From Candidatus Iainarchaeum sp. (GTDB taxonomy: Archaea; Iainarchaeota; Iainarchaeia; Iainarchaeales; Iainarchaeaceae), in the NCBI GenBank assembly GCA_038895675.1, contig JAWANB010000008.1:1-26342 (forward strand): DNA of 26,342 nucleotides. The letters are read 5' to 3'. Shown in pieces: positions 16,739 to 25,751 of the stretch; the stretch's first letter is position 1; each line of letters starts with the position of its first letter. Position numbers and translations under genes: made by a program. The notes under the pieces were generated by a model that was not told the origin of the DNA, ran no database searches, and saw nothing but the letters and a program-made list of their open reading frames with translations.

Positions 16739-17129
16739 ATTTTTTTGTTTTTTTTATTCCTGTTTGTGCTATTGGTGTGTATTCTATTTTTAGTGTTTTT
16801 AGGCAGTTTTGTAGGCTATAGTCGTCGGTCATTATTATTGGTTTGTGCTTTTTTTCAGTGAGTTCTATTGCTAATGCTAATACGCTAATATCTGCTTTTT
16901 GTAGTATTGTTCCTGTTTTTTCGCATTCTTTTTTTGCTTTTTCAATTGCTTTTTCTTTTGGGTCTCTTATTTTTAGCATTTTGTTTTTTATTGCGTTTTC
17001 TGCCAACGCTTTTGTTCTGTAATCTTTCCATTCTTCTATTACTAAGTTTGTCGTGCAATACTTGTTTTTTTTGTCGAACGTAAAGTTTTCGTTGTTTATT
17101 AGTGCTGCTGCGTCTAATATTATTATCAT
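16725..17129 (-). CDS. nob1: Nob1-like PIN-domain endoribonuclease (no C-terminal Zn ribbon)
   Basis: From ATG 17129: IILDAAALI, TTNLVIEEWKD, LQKADISVLALAIEL, IMTDDYSLQN and GIKK are Nob1 PIN motifs. The 3' end overlaps rfcL by 14 bp. Confidence 0.82.
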   Translation of the reverse strand: MIIILDAAALINNENFTFDKKNKYCTTNLVIEEWKDYRTKALAENAIKNKMLKIRDPKEKAIEKAKKECEKTGTILQKADISVLALAIELTEKKHKPIIMTDDYSLQNCLKTLKIEYTPIAQTGIKKTKKFKTT

Positions 17130-17205
17130 CGTATTTTTTTTGTTTTCATAACTTTTATAATTCTCTCTTTTCTTATTGCTATTATACTTTGTTTTAGGTT
17201 TGGTT

Positions 17206-18654
17206 ATGTCTTTGGTTTCTTCTTTGAGCGAAATTGAGAAGTGTGCTTTAAAGGTACTTTCTTCTACTCCTATTGACGAGGCTAAGGTTTCAGAGCTTGC
17301 TGGTATTAGTGTTGATTCTGCAAGGCGTGCTTTGGCTTGGCTTTGTAATAAGGGTCTTGCTAAGTCTATTGAGAATGTTAAGAAGTCTTTTGTTCTTACT
17401 AACTCTGGTTCTTTTGCTTTGTCTAATGGTTTGCCTGAGCGAATCATTTTGGTTGCTTTGAGTAAATTTGGTTCTTTGTCTTTTGATGATTTGTTAAAAA
17501 AAACTGGTTTGAGTCAGGCTGAGTTGAGCGCTGGTCTTGGTTCTAATAAGAGGAATGCTTTTGTTTCTGTTGTTAAGAATGGTTCTGAAACCTTGGTTTC
17601 TATTACTGAAGTTGGTAAGGCTTATCTTAATTCTAAAAGTCCTTTAGAGGAGTCTCTTTTGCTTGTTTCTAATGGTGTTGTTCCAGAGCTTGGTAATTTG
17701 AATGAACTTTTGAGGCGTGGTTTGGTTAAAGAAAAGGAAATTAAGGTTAGGACTTTTGTTATTACTGATTTTGGCATTTCTGCTTTAGGGAGCCCTGAGT
17801 TTTCTTCTGAGAGGGTTTATAATATTCATGATCCGGTTCCTGAAATTTTTATTGGTAAGAAGCAGCCTTATGTTGTTTTTTTGGAGACTATTAGGCGTAA
17901 GCTTGTTCAGCTTGGTTTTAAGGAGATGGTTGCTCCTTTGGTTGTTCACGAGTTTTATAATTTTGATGTTCTTTTTCAGCCTCAAAATCATCCTGCACGT
18001 TCGTGGACTGATACTTATCAGTTGAAGAACCCTAGTAAGGGTGTGCTTGTCGATAGGCGTGCTGTTAGTGCTGTGAAGGCTGCGCATGAAAATGGTGGTG
18101 TGTCAGGCTCTAAAGGCTGGGGTTATTCTTGGTCTGAAGAAATCGCTTCTAAGCTTATGCCTGTTGCTCATGGTACTGCGCATAGTGCGAGGCAGCTTGT
18201 TAGTGGTGTGGAGATTCCTGGAAAGTATTTTGCTATTGCTCGTTGTTTTAGGCCTGACGTTTTGGATTCTACTCATTTGATTGAGTTTAATCAGACTGAG
18301 GGTTTTGTTGTTGGTCCTGACCTTAATTTTAGGCATTTGCTTGGTATGCTTGAGCAGTTTGCTGTTGAGGTTGCTGGTGCTAAAGAAGTAAAGTTTGTGC
18401 CTGACTATTATCCTTTTACTGAGCCTTCTGTGCAGTTGAGTGCTAAACATCCTGACCTTGGTTGGATTGAGTTGGGTGGCGCTGGAATGTTTAGGCCTGA
18501 GATTCTTTGTAATTTAGGAATAAATGCTCAGGCTATTGCTTGGGGTTTGGGTATTGATAGGCTTGCCATGTTTAAACTTGGTATAAAAGATATTAGGTTT
18601 TTATTTTCTGATGATTTGAATTGGCTTAGGTTTACTCCTGCAGTGTTTGATTGA
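17206..18654 (+). CDS. pheS: Phenylalanine--tRNA ligase alpha subunit (archaeal type with N-terminal extension)
   Basis: GLPE, FYNFDVLFQPQNHPARSWTDTY, motif 2 RCFRPD...HLIEFNQTEG, YYPFTEPS, WIELGGAGMFRPE, motif 3 AWGLGIDRLAM. ATG at 17206. Confidence 0.96.
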   Translation: MSLVSSLSEIEKCALKVLSSTPIDEAKVSELAGISVDSARRALAWLCNKGLAKSIENVKKSFVLTNSGSFALSNGLPERIILVALSKFGSLSFDDLLKKTGLSQAELSAGLGSNKRNAFVSVVKNGSETLVSITEVGKAYLNSKSPLEESLLLVSNGVVPELGNLNELLRRGLVKEKEIKVRTFVITDFGISALGSPEFSSERVYNIHDPVPEIFIGKKQPYVVFLETIRRKLVQLGFKEMVAPLVVHEFYNFDVLFQPQNHPARSWTDTYQLKNPSKGVLVDRRAVSAVKAAHENGGVSGSKGWGYSWSEEIASKLMPVAHGTAHSARQLVSGVEIPGKYFAIARCFRPDVLDSTHLIEFNQTEGFVVGPDLNFRHLLGMLEQFAVEVAGAKEVKFVPDYYPFTEPSVQLSAKHPDLGWIELGGAGMFRPEILCNLGINAQAIAWGLGIDRLAMFKLGIKDIRFLFSDDLNWLRFTPAVFD

Positions 18655-18663
18655 GGTGTTTTT

Positions 18664-20310
18664 GTGCCTACTATTGATATAAGTAAAAGTGATTTTGAGT
18701 TTTTGTTTGGTAAAAAGTTTTCTTTACAGGAATTGTCTGATGCTTTGTTGTTTGTAAAGGCTGAAATTGATTCGGTTGATGGTGATATTTTAAAAGTTGA
18801 TGTTAAGGAGACTCTCAGACCTGATTTGTGGAGTGTTGAAGGAATTGTGAGGGAGTTAAAGGCTCGTTTAGGCTTTGAAAAGGGTTTTCCTAAGTATGTT
18901 GTTAATAAGCCTTGTCTTAGTGTTGTCATTGAAAAAAGTGTTAAGGGTGTTAGGCCTTTTACTGTTGGTGCTGTGCTTAAGGGTGTTGTTGTTACCGAAC
19001 CTTTGCTTGTTCAGTTGATTCAGTTGCAGGAGAAAATGCATTTGACTTATGGTAAAAAGAGAAGCGAGGTTGCTATTGGTGTCTATGATTTTGATAAAAT
19101 TGTAGGCGATATTAGGTATTATGGTGCTGTCCCTTCTGAAAAGAAGTTCGTTCCTTTGGATTTTGATTCTGAATTGTATCTTGACGAGATTCTTGAAGTT
19201 CATCCTAAAGGCAGGGAGTTTGGGTATTTGTTGAAAGGAAAGCCTCTTTACCCTATTTTTGAAGATAGTAAAGGTAACGTTCTTTCTATGCCTCCTATAA
19301 TTAATTCTAACTATTCCGGGAAAGTTACTCTTGAGACAAAAAACTTGTTTGTTGAGGTCAGCGGTTTTAGTTTGGACGCTTTGGTGCCTGCTCTTAATGT
19401 TATAGTTATGGCTCTTGCTGACAGAGGGGCGAAAATTTATGGTGTTAATATTGTTGATTCTAATGGGCAGTCTTTTGTCACTCCTTTTTTTGAAACGAAG
19501 TCAATTAGCTTGAGTTTGAGTTATTTTGAAAAAATTTCTGGCCTTAAGCTGTCTTTGTCTGAGGTAATTGATTTGCTTGAGCGTTCACGTTATGTTGTTT
19601 CAAAGACTAAAGATAAGGACGTTTTGAGTGTTTCTTTTTTGAATTATCGTGTTGATTTGTTGCATCAAGTTGATGTTGTTGAGGATTTGCTTGTTAGTTA
19701 TGATTACAATAAAATTTCTCCTTTGAGGCCTTCTGTTCCTGTCTTTGGTTCAGAATTAAAGGAGTCTTTGGTAGTTGGAAAGGTAAGGGAAATTTGTGTT
19801 GGGCTTGGTTTGCAAGAGGTTCTTACTTTTGTTTTGACTTCTAAAGAGAAGCAGTCTTCTTTAATTTTATCTAATGATGTTGAATTAGTTGAAATAGCCA
19901 ATCCTGTTTCTTCTAATTGGGCTGTTTTGCGTAAAAACATTTTTCCCGAGTTGCTCGAATTTTTGTCTAAAAACAAGTCAGTAGAGTTGCCTCATAAAAT
20001 TTTTGAGATAGGTAAAACTCTTGAAATAGATTCTTTGAGTGATTCTAAGACAATAGAGAAGACTAAAGTTTGTTTGGTCGTTGCTTCTAAAGGTGTTGGT
20101 TTTACTGAAGCTAAGTCTATGCTTGTTGCTCTTGCTCGTGAGTTAAACAGGAGTGTTTCTTTTTCTGAGTGTTCTTTGCCTTGGCTCAAGCGTGGTAAGA
20201 GTGCTTTGTGTGTTTCAGGTTTAAAAGGTTTTTTTGGGGAATTGGCTGACAGGGTTTGTGCTAATTTTGGTTTGAGTATGCCTATTATTATTGTTGAAGT
20301 AGAATTTTGA
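18664..20310 (+). CDS. pheT: Phenylalanine--tRNA ligase beta subunit (archaeal type)
   Basis: MPTI, RPDLWSVEG, LIQLQEKMH, VAIGVYD, VLSMPPIINS, YRVDLLHQVDVVED, IANPVS, IFEIG. GTG start with SD GAGGTG. Confidence 0.96.
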   Translation: MPTIDISKSDFEFLFGKKFSLQELSDALLFVKAEIDSVDGDILKVDVKETLRPDLWSVEGIVRELKARLGFEKGFPKYVVNKPCLSVVIEKSVKGVRPFTVGAVLKGVVVTEPLLVQLIQLQEKMHLTYGKKRSEVAIGVYDFDKIVGDIRYYGAVPSEKKFVPLDFDSELYLDEILEVHPKGREFGYLLKGKPLYPIFEDSKGNVLSMPPIINSNYSGKVTLETKNLFVEVSGFSLDALVPALNVIVMALADRGAKIYGVNIVDSNGQSFVTPFFETKSISLSLSYFEKISGLKLSLSEVIDLLERSRYVVSKTKDKDVLSVSFLNYRVDLLHQVDVVEDLLVSYDYNKISPLRPSVPVFGSELKESLVVGKVREICVGLGLQEVLTFVLTSKEKQSSLILSNDVELVEIANPVSSNWAVLRKNIFPELLEFLSKNKSVELPHKIFEIGKTLEIDSLSDSKTIEKTKVCLVVASKGVGFTEAKSMLVALARELNRSVSFSECSLPWLKRGKSALCVSGLKGFFGELADRVCANFGLSMPIIIVEVEF

Positions 20311-20373
20311 GTTTTTAGTTTTGCAAATAGTAAGGTATAATAATATCACTTTTGTTATTGTTATTTGAGTTAG

Positions 20374-21060
20374 ATGAAAGTTCAGTTTTTTTGGCATTCT
20401 TTTTTTCGTTTGTCTTTTCAAGGCGTTGACGTGTTAGTGGATCCTTTTATTTCTATTCCTGTTGGTGAAAATTCTTTCAAGCCTTTGTTGAAGTGTCCTG
20501 CTAAAAAAGAGACTATTAAAGGCATTGATGTTATTTGTATTAGTAATGAGTTTTTTGATCATTTTGATAAGGAACTTGTAGAGTACATAGTTTCTAAGGA
20601 TAAAGCCATAGTGGTTAGTCATGAATTTGTTTTGAATGAGTTGAATATTAATGATTCTTTTAAGTATAAAGTAATGGTGAATGATTCTTTTACTTACAAG
20701 GGTTTGAGAATTGATGTGAAAGAGGCTCATTATCCAAATTCTTTTTATCCTTTGAGTTTTGTTTTTTCTAAGGATGGTGAAAGCGTTTATTTTGCTGGCA
20801 ACACTTCTTTGTTGGATTCTTTTGAGGAAATAAAGAGTGACGTTGCTATTATTCCTATTGGTGGCAATTCTACAATGGATGTTGTTGATGCGGTTCGTGC
20901 TACAAAATCAATTAAGCCTAAGTTCGTTATTCCTATGCATTATAATTCTTTTGATAGTATGGTCGCAGACCCTGTTGATTTTAAAGAGCGTATTGAGAAA
21001 AGTGTTTTGAAAACGATTCCTGTTATTCTCAAGCCTGGCCAGTCTTTCAAGACTAAATAG
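20374..21060 (+). CDS. Metallo-beta-lactamase-fold protein (UPF0173-like) with degenerate metal site
   Basis: WHSFF, VLVDPF, DVAIIPIGG..TM...AV.A...IKPK.VIPMHY. The HxHxDH motif reads NEFFDH and AGDT reads AGNT. Confidence 0.85.
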   Translation: MKVQFFWHSFFRLSFQGVDVLVDPFISIPVGENSFKPLLKCPAKKETIKGIDVICISNEFFDHFDKELVEYIVSKDKAIVVSHEFVLNELNINDSFKYKVMVNDSFTYKGLRIDVKEAHYPNSFYPLSFVFSKDGESVYFAGNTSLLDSFEEIKSDVAIIPIGGNSTMDVVDAVRATKSIKPKFVIPMHYNSFDSMVADPVDFKERIEKSVLKTIPVILKPGQSFKTK

Positions 21061-21204
21061 TTTTTTTATGGTCGTGATTTTTTTTAATGATTTTTTGATG
21101 CTTTTTTTTGTTTTGTTTTTAACTCATTTCTGTAAAAGAGTTGAATTTTTTCTCAATAACAATTTTTTTATTTTTGGTTGTGTTAAGTTTTTTGGTGTAT
21201 TCAT

Positions 21205-21927
21205 TTGCAGGCAGTTATAATGGCTGGTGGTAAGGGTGTTAGGCTCAAGCCTTTGACGGATAAGATTCCAAAGTGCATGGTGAAGGTTAAAAACAAGCCT
21301 TTGTTGGAGAACATTTTTGACGTGTTGTTAAAGGCTGGCGTTTCTGAATTTGTTTTGGTTGTTGGTTATTTGAGAGAAGTTATTGAGGATTACTTTGGTC
21401 CTGACTACATGGGTGTTAAAATTTCTTATGTTGTTCAAGAAGAGCCTAAAGGGACCGCTCATGCTGTGAGTCTTACGGAAACTCTTATTATTGGCGATTT
21501 TTTGGTTGTGAACGCTGATGTTTTAACTTCTTCAGAAAACATTTCAAAGCTTGTTAAAGTTAACGAGTTTGAAGATTTTGATGCTCTCTTGTTAGCTAAA
21601 AAGGTTTCTAATCCTTGGCGTTATGGTGTATTGAAGGTTGAGAACGAGTTTGTTGTGGATATTGTTGAGAAGCCTAACGTGGGTGAAGAGCCTGGTAATT
21701 TGATTAATGCAGGCATTTATCGTTTTCCAAAAAGGTTTTTTGAATCTGTTAAAGAAACAAGGCTTTCCGTCAGAAAAGAATTCGAGTTGGTTGATTCTAT
21801 AAGAATTTTTATTTCTAAAGGCGGCAAAGTAGGTTATAAGGTCATTGAAGGGACTTTTTGTCATATCACTGATTTTGATGACTTAGTAATGGCTAATAAA
21901 ATAAGTGATGATATTTTTCCTAAATAG
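21205..21927 (+). CDS. Sugar-phosphate nucleotidyltransferase (NTP_transferase, GlmU/RmlA-like, no beta-helix domain)
   Basis: MAGGKGVRLKPLT..IPKCM, QEEPKGTAHAV, VVNAD, YGV, VEKP, INAGIY, RKEFEL.D. Confidence 0.92.
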   Translation: MQAVIMAGGKGVRLKPLTDKIPKCMVKVKNKPLLENIFDVLLKAGVSEFVLVVGYLREVIEDYFGPDYMGVKISYVVQEEPKGTAHAVSLTETLIIGDFLVVNADVLTSSENISKLVKVNEFEDFDALLLAKKVSNPWRYGVLKVENEFVVDIVEKPNVGEEPGNLINAGIYRFPKRFFESVKETRLSVRKEFELVDSIRIFISKGGKVGYKVIEGTFCHITDFDDLVMANKISDDIFPK

Positions 21928-22008
21928 TACTTTTTATGTTTTTCTTATTTAATAAGAATTTTTTCTTTTTTGATTAGTTTTTTATTTAGTTTGTGAAAGT
22001 TTTTAATT

Positions 22009-22773
22009 ATGAGGTACTTTGTTTTTTTGTTTTTTTTGTTTTTTTTCTCGTCTTTTACTTTAGCTGTAAATTTGAACAAGCTTGAAATAATTGTTGATTT
22101 GGATGATGCCGGAAATGCAAAAGTTGTTGAAAACTATCATCTTTATTTTGTCAGTGATTTTGAGTTTGAGGATTTCAAAAATGAAGTTTTGGTTAATTCT
22201 TCAAGCATTTTGACTTGGCAAGCTAAATTCGACTTTTTTTATCCTCGTTTTGGTTCTCGTGCTGGAAAAGAAATTTTTTCTAACCAAATAGTTTTTGATG
22301 AACAGAAAAGAGTTTTGAGTCTTTCTTACGATGTTAAAAATTTTGCGAATGTTTTGTCAAGCGGCCAAAGGGTTTGGTTGTTCAACATTGATTCAAAGGT
22401 TTTCAATGCATTCATTGACACTGGCACTATTTCTATTCCTGACAATGTTATAATAATTATTTCTTTTCCTTCAAACGCGCAAGTGGAAACTTCTTCACTT
22501 GCCCCTGGATTAAAGTTTAGTGATAACAAACTCACTTTATCTGCTTTGAAAATAAATTCTATTTCTGTAAACTATTTTATTGTTAAGTCTATACTTCCTA
22601 ACGATAATAATAGTATTTTGTCTTTTAGTGATAATTACATTATCTTGCTTATTTCTATACTATTGTTTGCAATAGTGCAAACACAAAAAGAAACTATTGA
22701 GAAAAGGTTAGAGCAGTTCATAGTAAAGCATTCTGAGATTAAGAAAAAAATTGATGATGAGATTGAAGTTTGA
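22009..22773 (+). CDS. Hypothetical secreted, C-terminally membrane-anchored protein
   Basis: Signal-peptide-like N-terminus (MRYFVFLFFLFFFSSFTLA), beta-rich middle, TM segment YIILLISILLFAIV, charged tail. Confidence 0.75.
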   Translation: MRYFVFLFFLFFFSSFTLAVNLNKLEIIVDLDDAGNAKVVENYHLYFVSDFEFEDFKNEVLVNSSSILTWQAKFDFFYPRFGSRAGKEIFSNQIVFDEQKRVLSLSYDVKNFANVLSSGQRVWLFNIDSKVFNAFIDTGTISIPDNVIIIISFPSNAQVETSSLAPGLKFSDNKLTLSALKINSISVNYFIVKSILPNDNNSILSFSDNYIILLISILLFAIVQTQKETIEKRLEQFIVKHSEIKKKIDDEIEV

Positions 22774-22788
22774 GAATTTTATTAGTTT

Positions 22789-23703
22789 TCATATTTCTAT
22801 TTCTTTTAGGTCTTCAGCTACTATTACGTTGTTGAATTCTTTTCTTGCTTCGTTTTCAAATTTTTCTTTTTCTTTGTGTCTTGCGCTAAGGTGAAATAGA
22901 ACTAATAATTTTGAATTTGTTTCTTTTGCTATTTTGCCTGCGTCTAATGCTGTTGAGTGCTTTGTTTCTTTTGCTCTGTCTTTTCTTTCTTCTAAAAACG
23001 ATGATTCGTGTATTAGCACGTCAGAATCGCTCGTGTACTTATAGTGTGTTTTTGTTGGTAGTGTGTCAAATATTATGGAAATTTTTCTTCCTTTTCTTGC
23101 TTTTGTTTTGTCTATTACTTGTTCTGGTTTTATTGTTTTTGTTCCTATTTTTACTTTTTTTCCTTGCTGAAGTTCTCTAAACAAAGGGCCTATTGGTACT
23201 CCTAACTCTATTGCTTTTTGTCTGTTAAATTCGCCTATTTTATCTTTTTCTTTTATGCAGTACCCCCATGTTTCTATTTCGTGTTTTAGTGGAAATGCTT
23301 CTATTGTGTATTTTTCTTTTTCGAGTATTTTTCCTGTTTTGTTTTCTTCGCATTTTATTTCAAAGTTTGGGTTTAGCATTGCTAGACTTATTGCTGTTTT
23401 TGTTTTTTGTTCTATTCCTTTTGGGCCATGTATGGTTATTGGCCAATCTCTTCCATGTATGTTCATTGTTGCTAATAGACCTGCCAGGCCTAAAAAGTGG
23501 TCTGCATGAAAGTGTGATATAAATACATGGTTTATTTTTAGGTAGCTTACTTTTGCTTTCATTATTTGTCTTTGTGTTCCTTCTGGTGAATCGAATAGTA
23601 GCCATTCTCCTTCTAATCTTATTGCTATGCTGCTAAGGTTTCTTTCTTTTGTTGGTGTGCTTGCGCTTGTTCCTAAAAAAACTATTTTTATTTTGTCACT
23701 CAT
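22789..23703 (-). CDS. rnz: Ribonuclease Z (tRNA 3' endonuclease)
   Basis: FLGTSASTPTKERN, EGTQRQ, SHFHADHFLGL, flexible arm LGVPIGP, DT, LIHES, HSTA, HLSAR, AED. Confidence 0.97.
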   Translation of the reverse strand: MSDKIKIVFLGTSASTPTKERNLSSIAIRLEGEWLLFDSPEGTQRQIMKAKVSYLKINHVFISHFHADHFLGLAGLLATMNIHGRDWPITIHGPKGIEQKTKTAISLAMLNPNFEIKCEENKTGKILEKEKYTIEAFPLKHEIETWGYCIKEKDKIGEFNRQKAIELGVPIGPLFRELQQGKKVKIGTKTIKPEQVIDKTKARKGRKISIIFDTLPTKTHYKYTSDSDVLIHESSFLEERKDRAKETKHSTALDAGKIAKETNSKLLVLFHLSARHKEKEKFENEARKEFNNVIVAEDLKEIEI

Positions 23704-23836
23704 TAGTATTTTTGTTTTGAGGAAAGATTAAAATTTGGTTGTTTCTTTTTTTTTTGTTTTTATTTGGTTTTAATTAGTTTCTAAAAAGCTTATTTTATCA
23801 GTAGATTTTTTATGTTGTTAATTAGTTTTATTTTTT

Positions 23837-24946
23837 ATGGTTTCTAAGCTTTTTAGTAAAAAGTTTGAGCATAGAATTTTTTTGGATGAGCGTGTTCTTT
23901 ATCCAGAGTTTGTGCCTAATGCTTTGCTTTTTCGTGATGTTCAGCTTAATGAGTTGGCTGATTGTTTTAGGCCTTTGCTTTATAATGGTGTTTCTTCCAA
24001 TGCTTTTCTTTTTGGGCCTACAGGTGTCGGGAAGACTGTTTCTGCTAAATTTGTTTGTCGTGAGCTTGAAGAAACTGCAAAAGTCAAGTGTCTTTACTTG
24101 AATTGTTTTGAGTATAGTTCGCGAACTTCTGTTTTGATTGAGTTATCTAATTTTCTTGGCGCTGGAATTCCTAGGAGAGGTCTTGCTGTTGATGAGATTT
24201 TTTCTTTTTTGCTTGAGTCGCTTTCAAAGTTTTTTTACTTTCCTTTAATTGTTTTGGATGAAGTTGATCAATTACTTTTGAGTTCTGAAAATGAAAAATT
24301 GCTTTATGATCTTTTGCGTGTTTCAGAGTACGGTAAGAAAAGGATTGGTTTGATTTTGATTTCTAATGATAGTTCTTTTGTTTTGCGGTTGGACGATAGA
24401 ATAAAAAATGTTTTTTTCGGAAAACCAATTTTGTTTGAAAAGTATACTCCTCAACAATTAAAGTCTATTTTGAGTGATAGAGCACAGCTTGCTTTTTTGC
24501 CTTCTGCTATTAGTGATGATGTCATAGCTTTGTCTGCTGCGCATGCTGCAAAACTTGGTGGTGATGCGCGTATCGCTTTTGCTTCTTTGCTTAGGGCTGG
24601 TAGAATTGCCGAGTCTAAGAATCATGTTAAGGTTAGTGTTTCAGATTTGAGAGAGGCTTTTGTTGAAGTTGATTTTGTTTCTTTCGGTAAAGGTTTAAGG
24701 CATTTATCTAAAGTGGAGCTTTCTGTTTTGTCTTTAATTGCAGAACATGGTCCTTTAATTTCAGGTAAGTTTTATGAGTTGGCTTCAGTAAAGCTTGATG
24801 TTGGTGAGAGGCGTTTAAGAGATATTTTAAAAGCATTAGAGAAAACGAATTTGATTTCTGTTAAGGAAATTCATTTGGGTAATAAAGGTAAAACAAGGGA
24901 GTTTGAAAGTAAAATTCCTAAGCATGTTTTGGAAAAATTAAAGTGA
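23837..24946 (+). CDS. cdc6: Orc1/Cdc6 family replication initiator
   Basis: VLYPEFVP..L.FR, Walker A GPTGVGKT, YLNC, PRRG, Walker B IVLDEVD, LLYDLLR, LDDRI, FEKY..QL..IL..RA, GDAR, C-terminal winged helix (GNKGKTR). Confidence 0.94.
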   Translation: MVSKLFSKKFEHRIFLDERVLYPEFVPNALLFRDVQLNELADCFRPLLYNGVSSNAFLFGPTGVGKTVSAKFVCRELEETAKVKCLYLNCFEYSSRTSVLIELSNFLGAGIPRRGLAVDEIFSFLLESLSKFFYFPLIVLDEVDQLLLSSENEKLLYDLLRVSEYGKKRIGLILISNDSSFVLRLDDRIKNVFFGKPILFEKYTPQQLKSILSDRAQLAFLPSAISDDVIALSAAHAAKLGGDARIAFASLLRAGRIAESKNHVKVSVSDLREAFVEVDFVSFGKGLRHLSKVELSVLSLIAEHGPLISGKFYELASVKLDVGERRLRDILKALEKTNLISVKEIHLGNKGKTREFESKIPKHVLEKLK

Positions 24947-24981
24947 GTTTTTTTTAAACTTGTTGTATTATTTTTTTTGTT

Positions 24982-25608
24982 ATGAATAATCGTGAAATCT
25001 TTGAATTGTTGGTTAGTTGGTTTACTATTAGTTTGGCTTTTTCTAAAATAGGCGATCTTATTTGGGGTTTTTCTGGTTATTCTCAGTTTTTTTCTAATTT
25101 TGTTGTTATGTTATTTGCTGTTGGGACTGGTTTTATTTTGCATGAGCTTGCTCATAAGTATGTTGCTATTCATTTTGGTTTGCACGCTGAGTTTTTTCTT
25201 TGGCGTGAAGGTTTGTTGCTTGCTTTGGTTTTAGCTTTATTGAATAGTCCTTTGATTTTTGCTGCCCCTGGTGCCGTTTATATTTTTGGCAGAGGTATTT
25301 CTATTAAAAAGAATGCTATTATTTCTCTTGCTGGTCCTTTGACTAACATTGTTGTTGCTGTTATTTGTAGTTTGTTGTTTGCTTTGTTTAGGCCTTCTGG
25401 TTTTTCTGAATCTGTTTTTTTTGGGATTATTTTCGTTAATTTTTTTCTTGCTTTTTTTAATATGTTGCCTGTTCCGCCTCTTGATGGTAGCAAGGTTTTT
25501 GTTTGGAGTAAACTTGTTTGGTTTTTTGTAATTGCTTTTTCTTTTGTTTGTGTTTTGTTTCCGGGTATTTTTATTTTTTTGTTTGGTAGTTTGTTTTCTT
25601 TGTTTTAA
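24982..25608 (+). CDS. Site-2 protease (peptidase M50 family intramembrane Zn metalloprotease)
   Basis: HELAH within a TM segment, FAAPGAV, ISLAGPLTN, FNMLPVPPLDGSKV. Confidence 0.94.
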   Translation: MNNREIFELLVSWFTISLAFSKIGDLIWGFSGYSQFFSNFVVMLFAVGTGFILHELAHKYVAIHFGLHAEFFLWREGLLLALVLALLNSPLIFAAPGAVYIFGRGISIKKNAIISLAGPLTNIVVAVICSLLFALFRPSGFSESVFFGIIFVNFFLAFFNMLPVPPLDGSKVFVWSKLVWFFVIAFSFVCVLFPGIFIFLFGSLFSLF

Positions 25609-25751
25609 TTGATTTTTTTTGTGTGTTTGTTTGTTGTCTTTTGAGTTTTTGACTTTTTTTAGCGTTTTTTAGACTTTTTAAGATAGTCGTTTTTTTTAAT
25701 TGTTTTTTTTTGTTGCTGTGCCTTTTTTTTTGGTTCTTTGTTTTTTTTGTT

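Noticed and set aside
17130..17447. N-terminal extension of the Nob1-like ORF
   Set aside because: It is antisense to pheS and crosses the divergent promoter region. The PIN domain starts at ATG 17129.
23704..23836. Replication origin next to cdc6
   Set aside because: No ORB-like TCCA...GGAAAC...GGGG repeats are visible on either side of cdc6, and the skew does not change polarity there.
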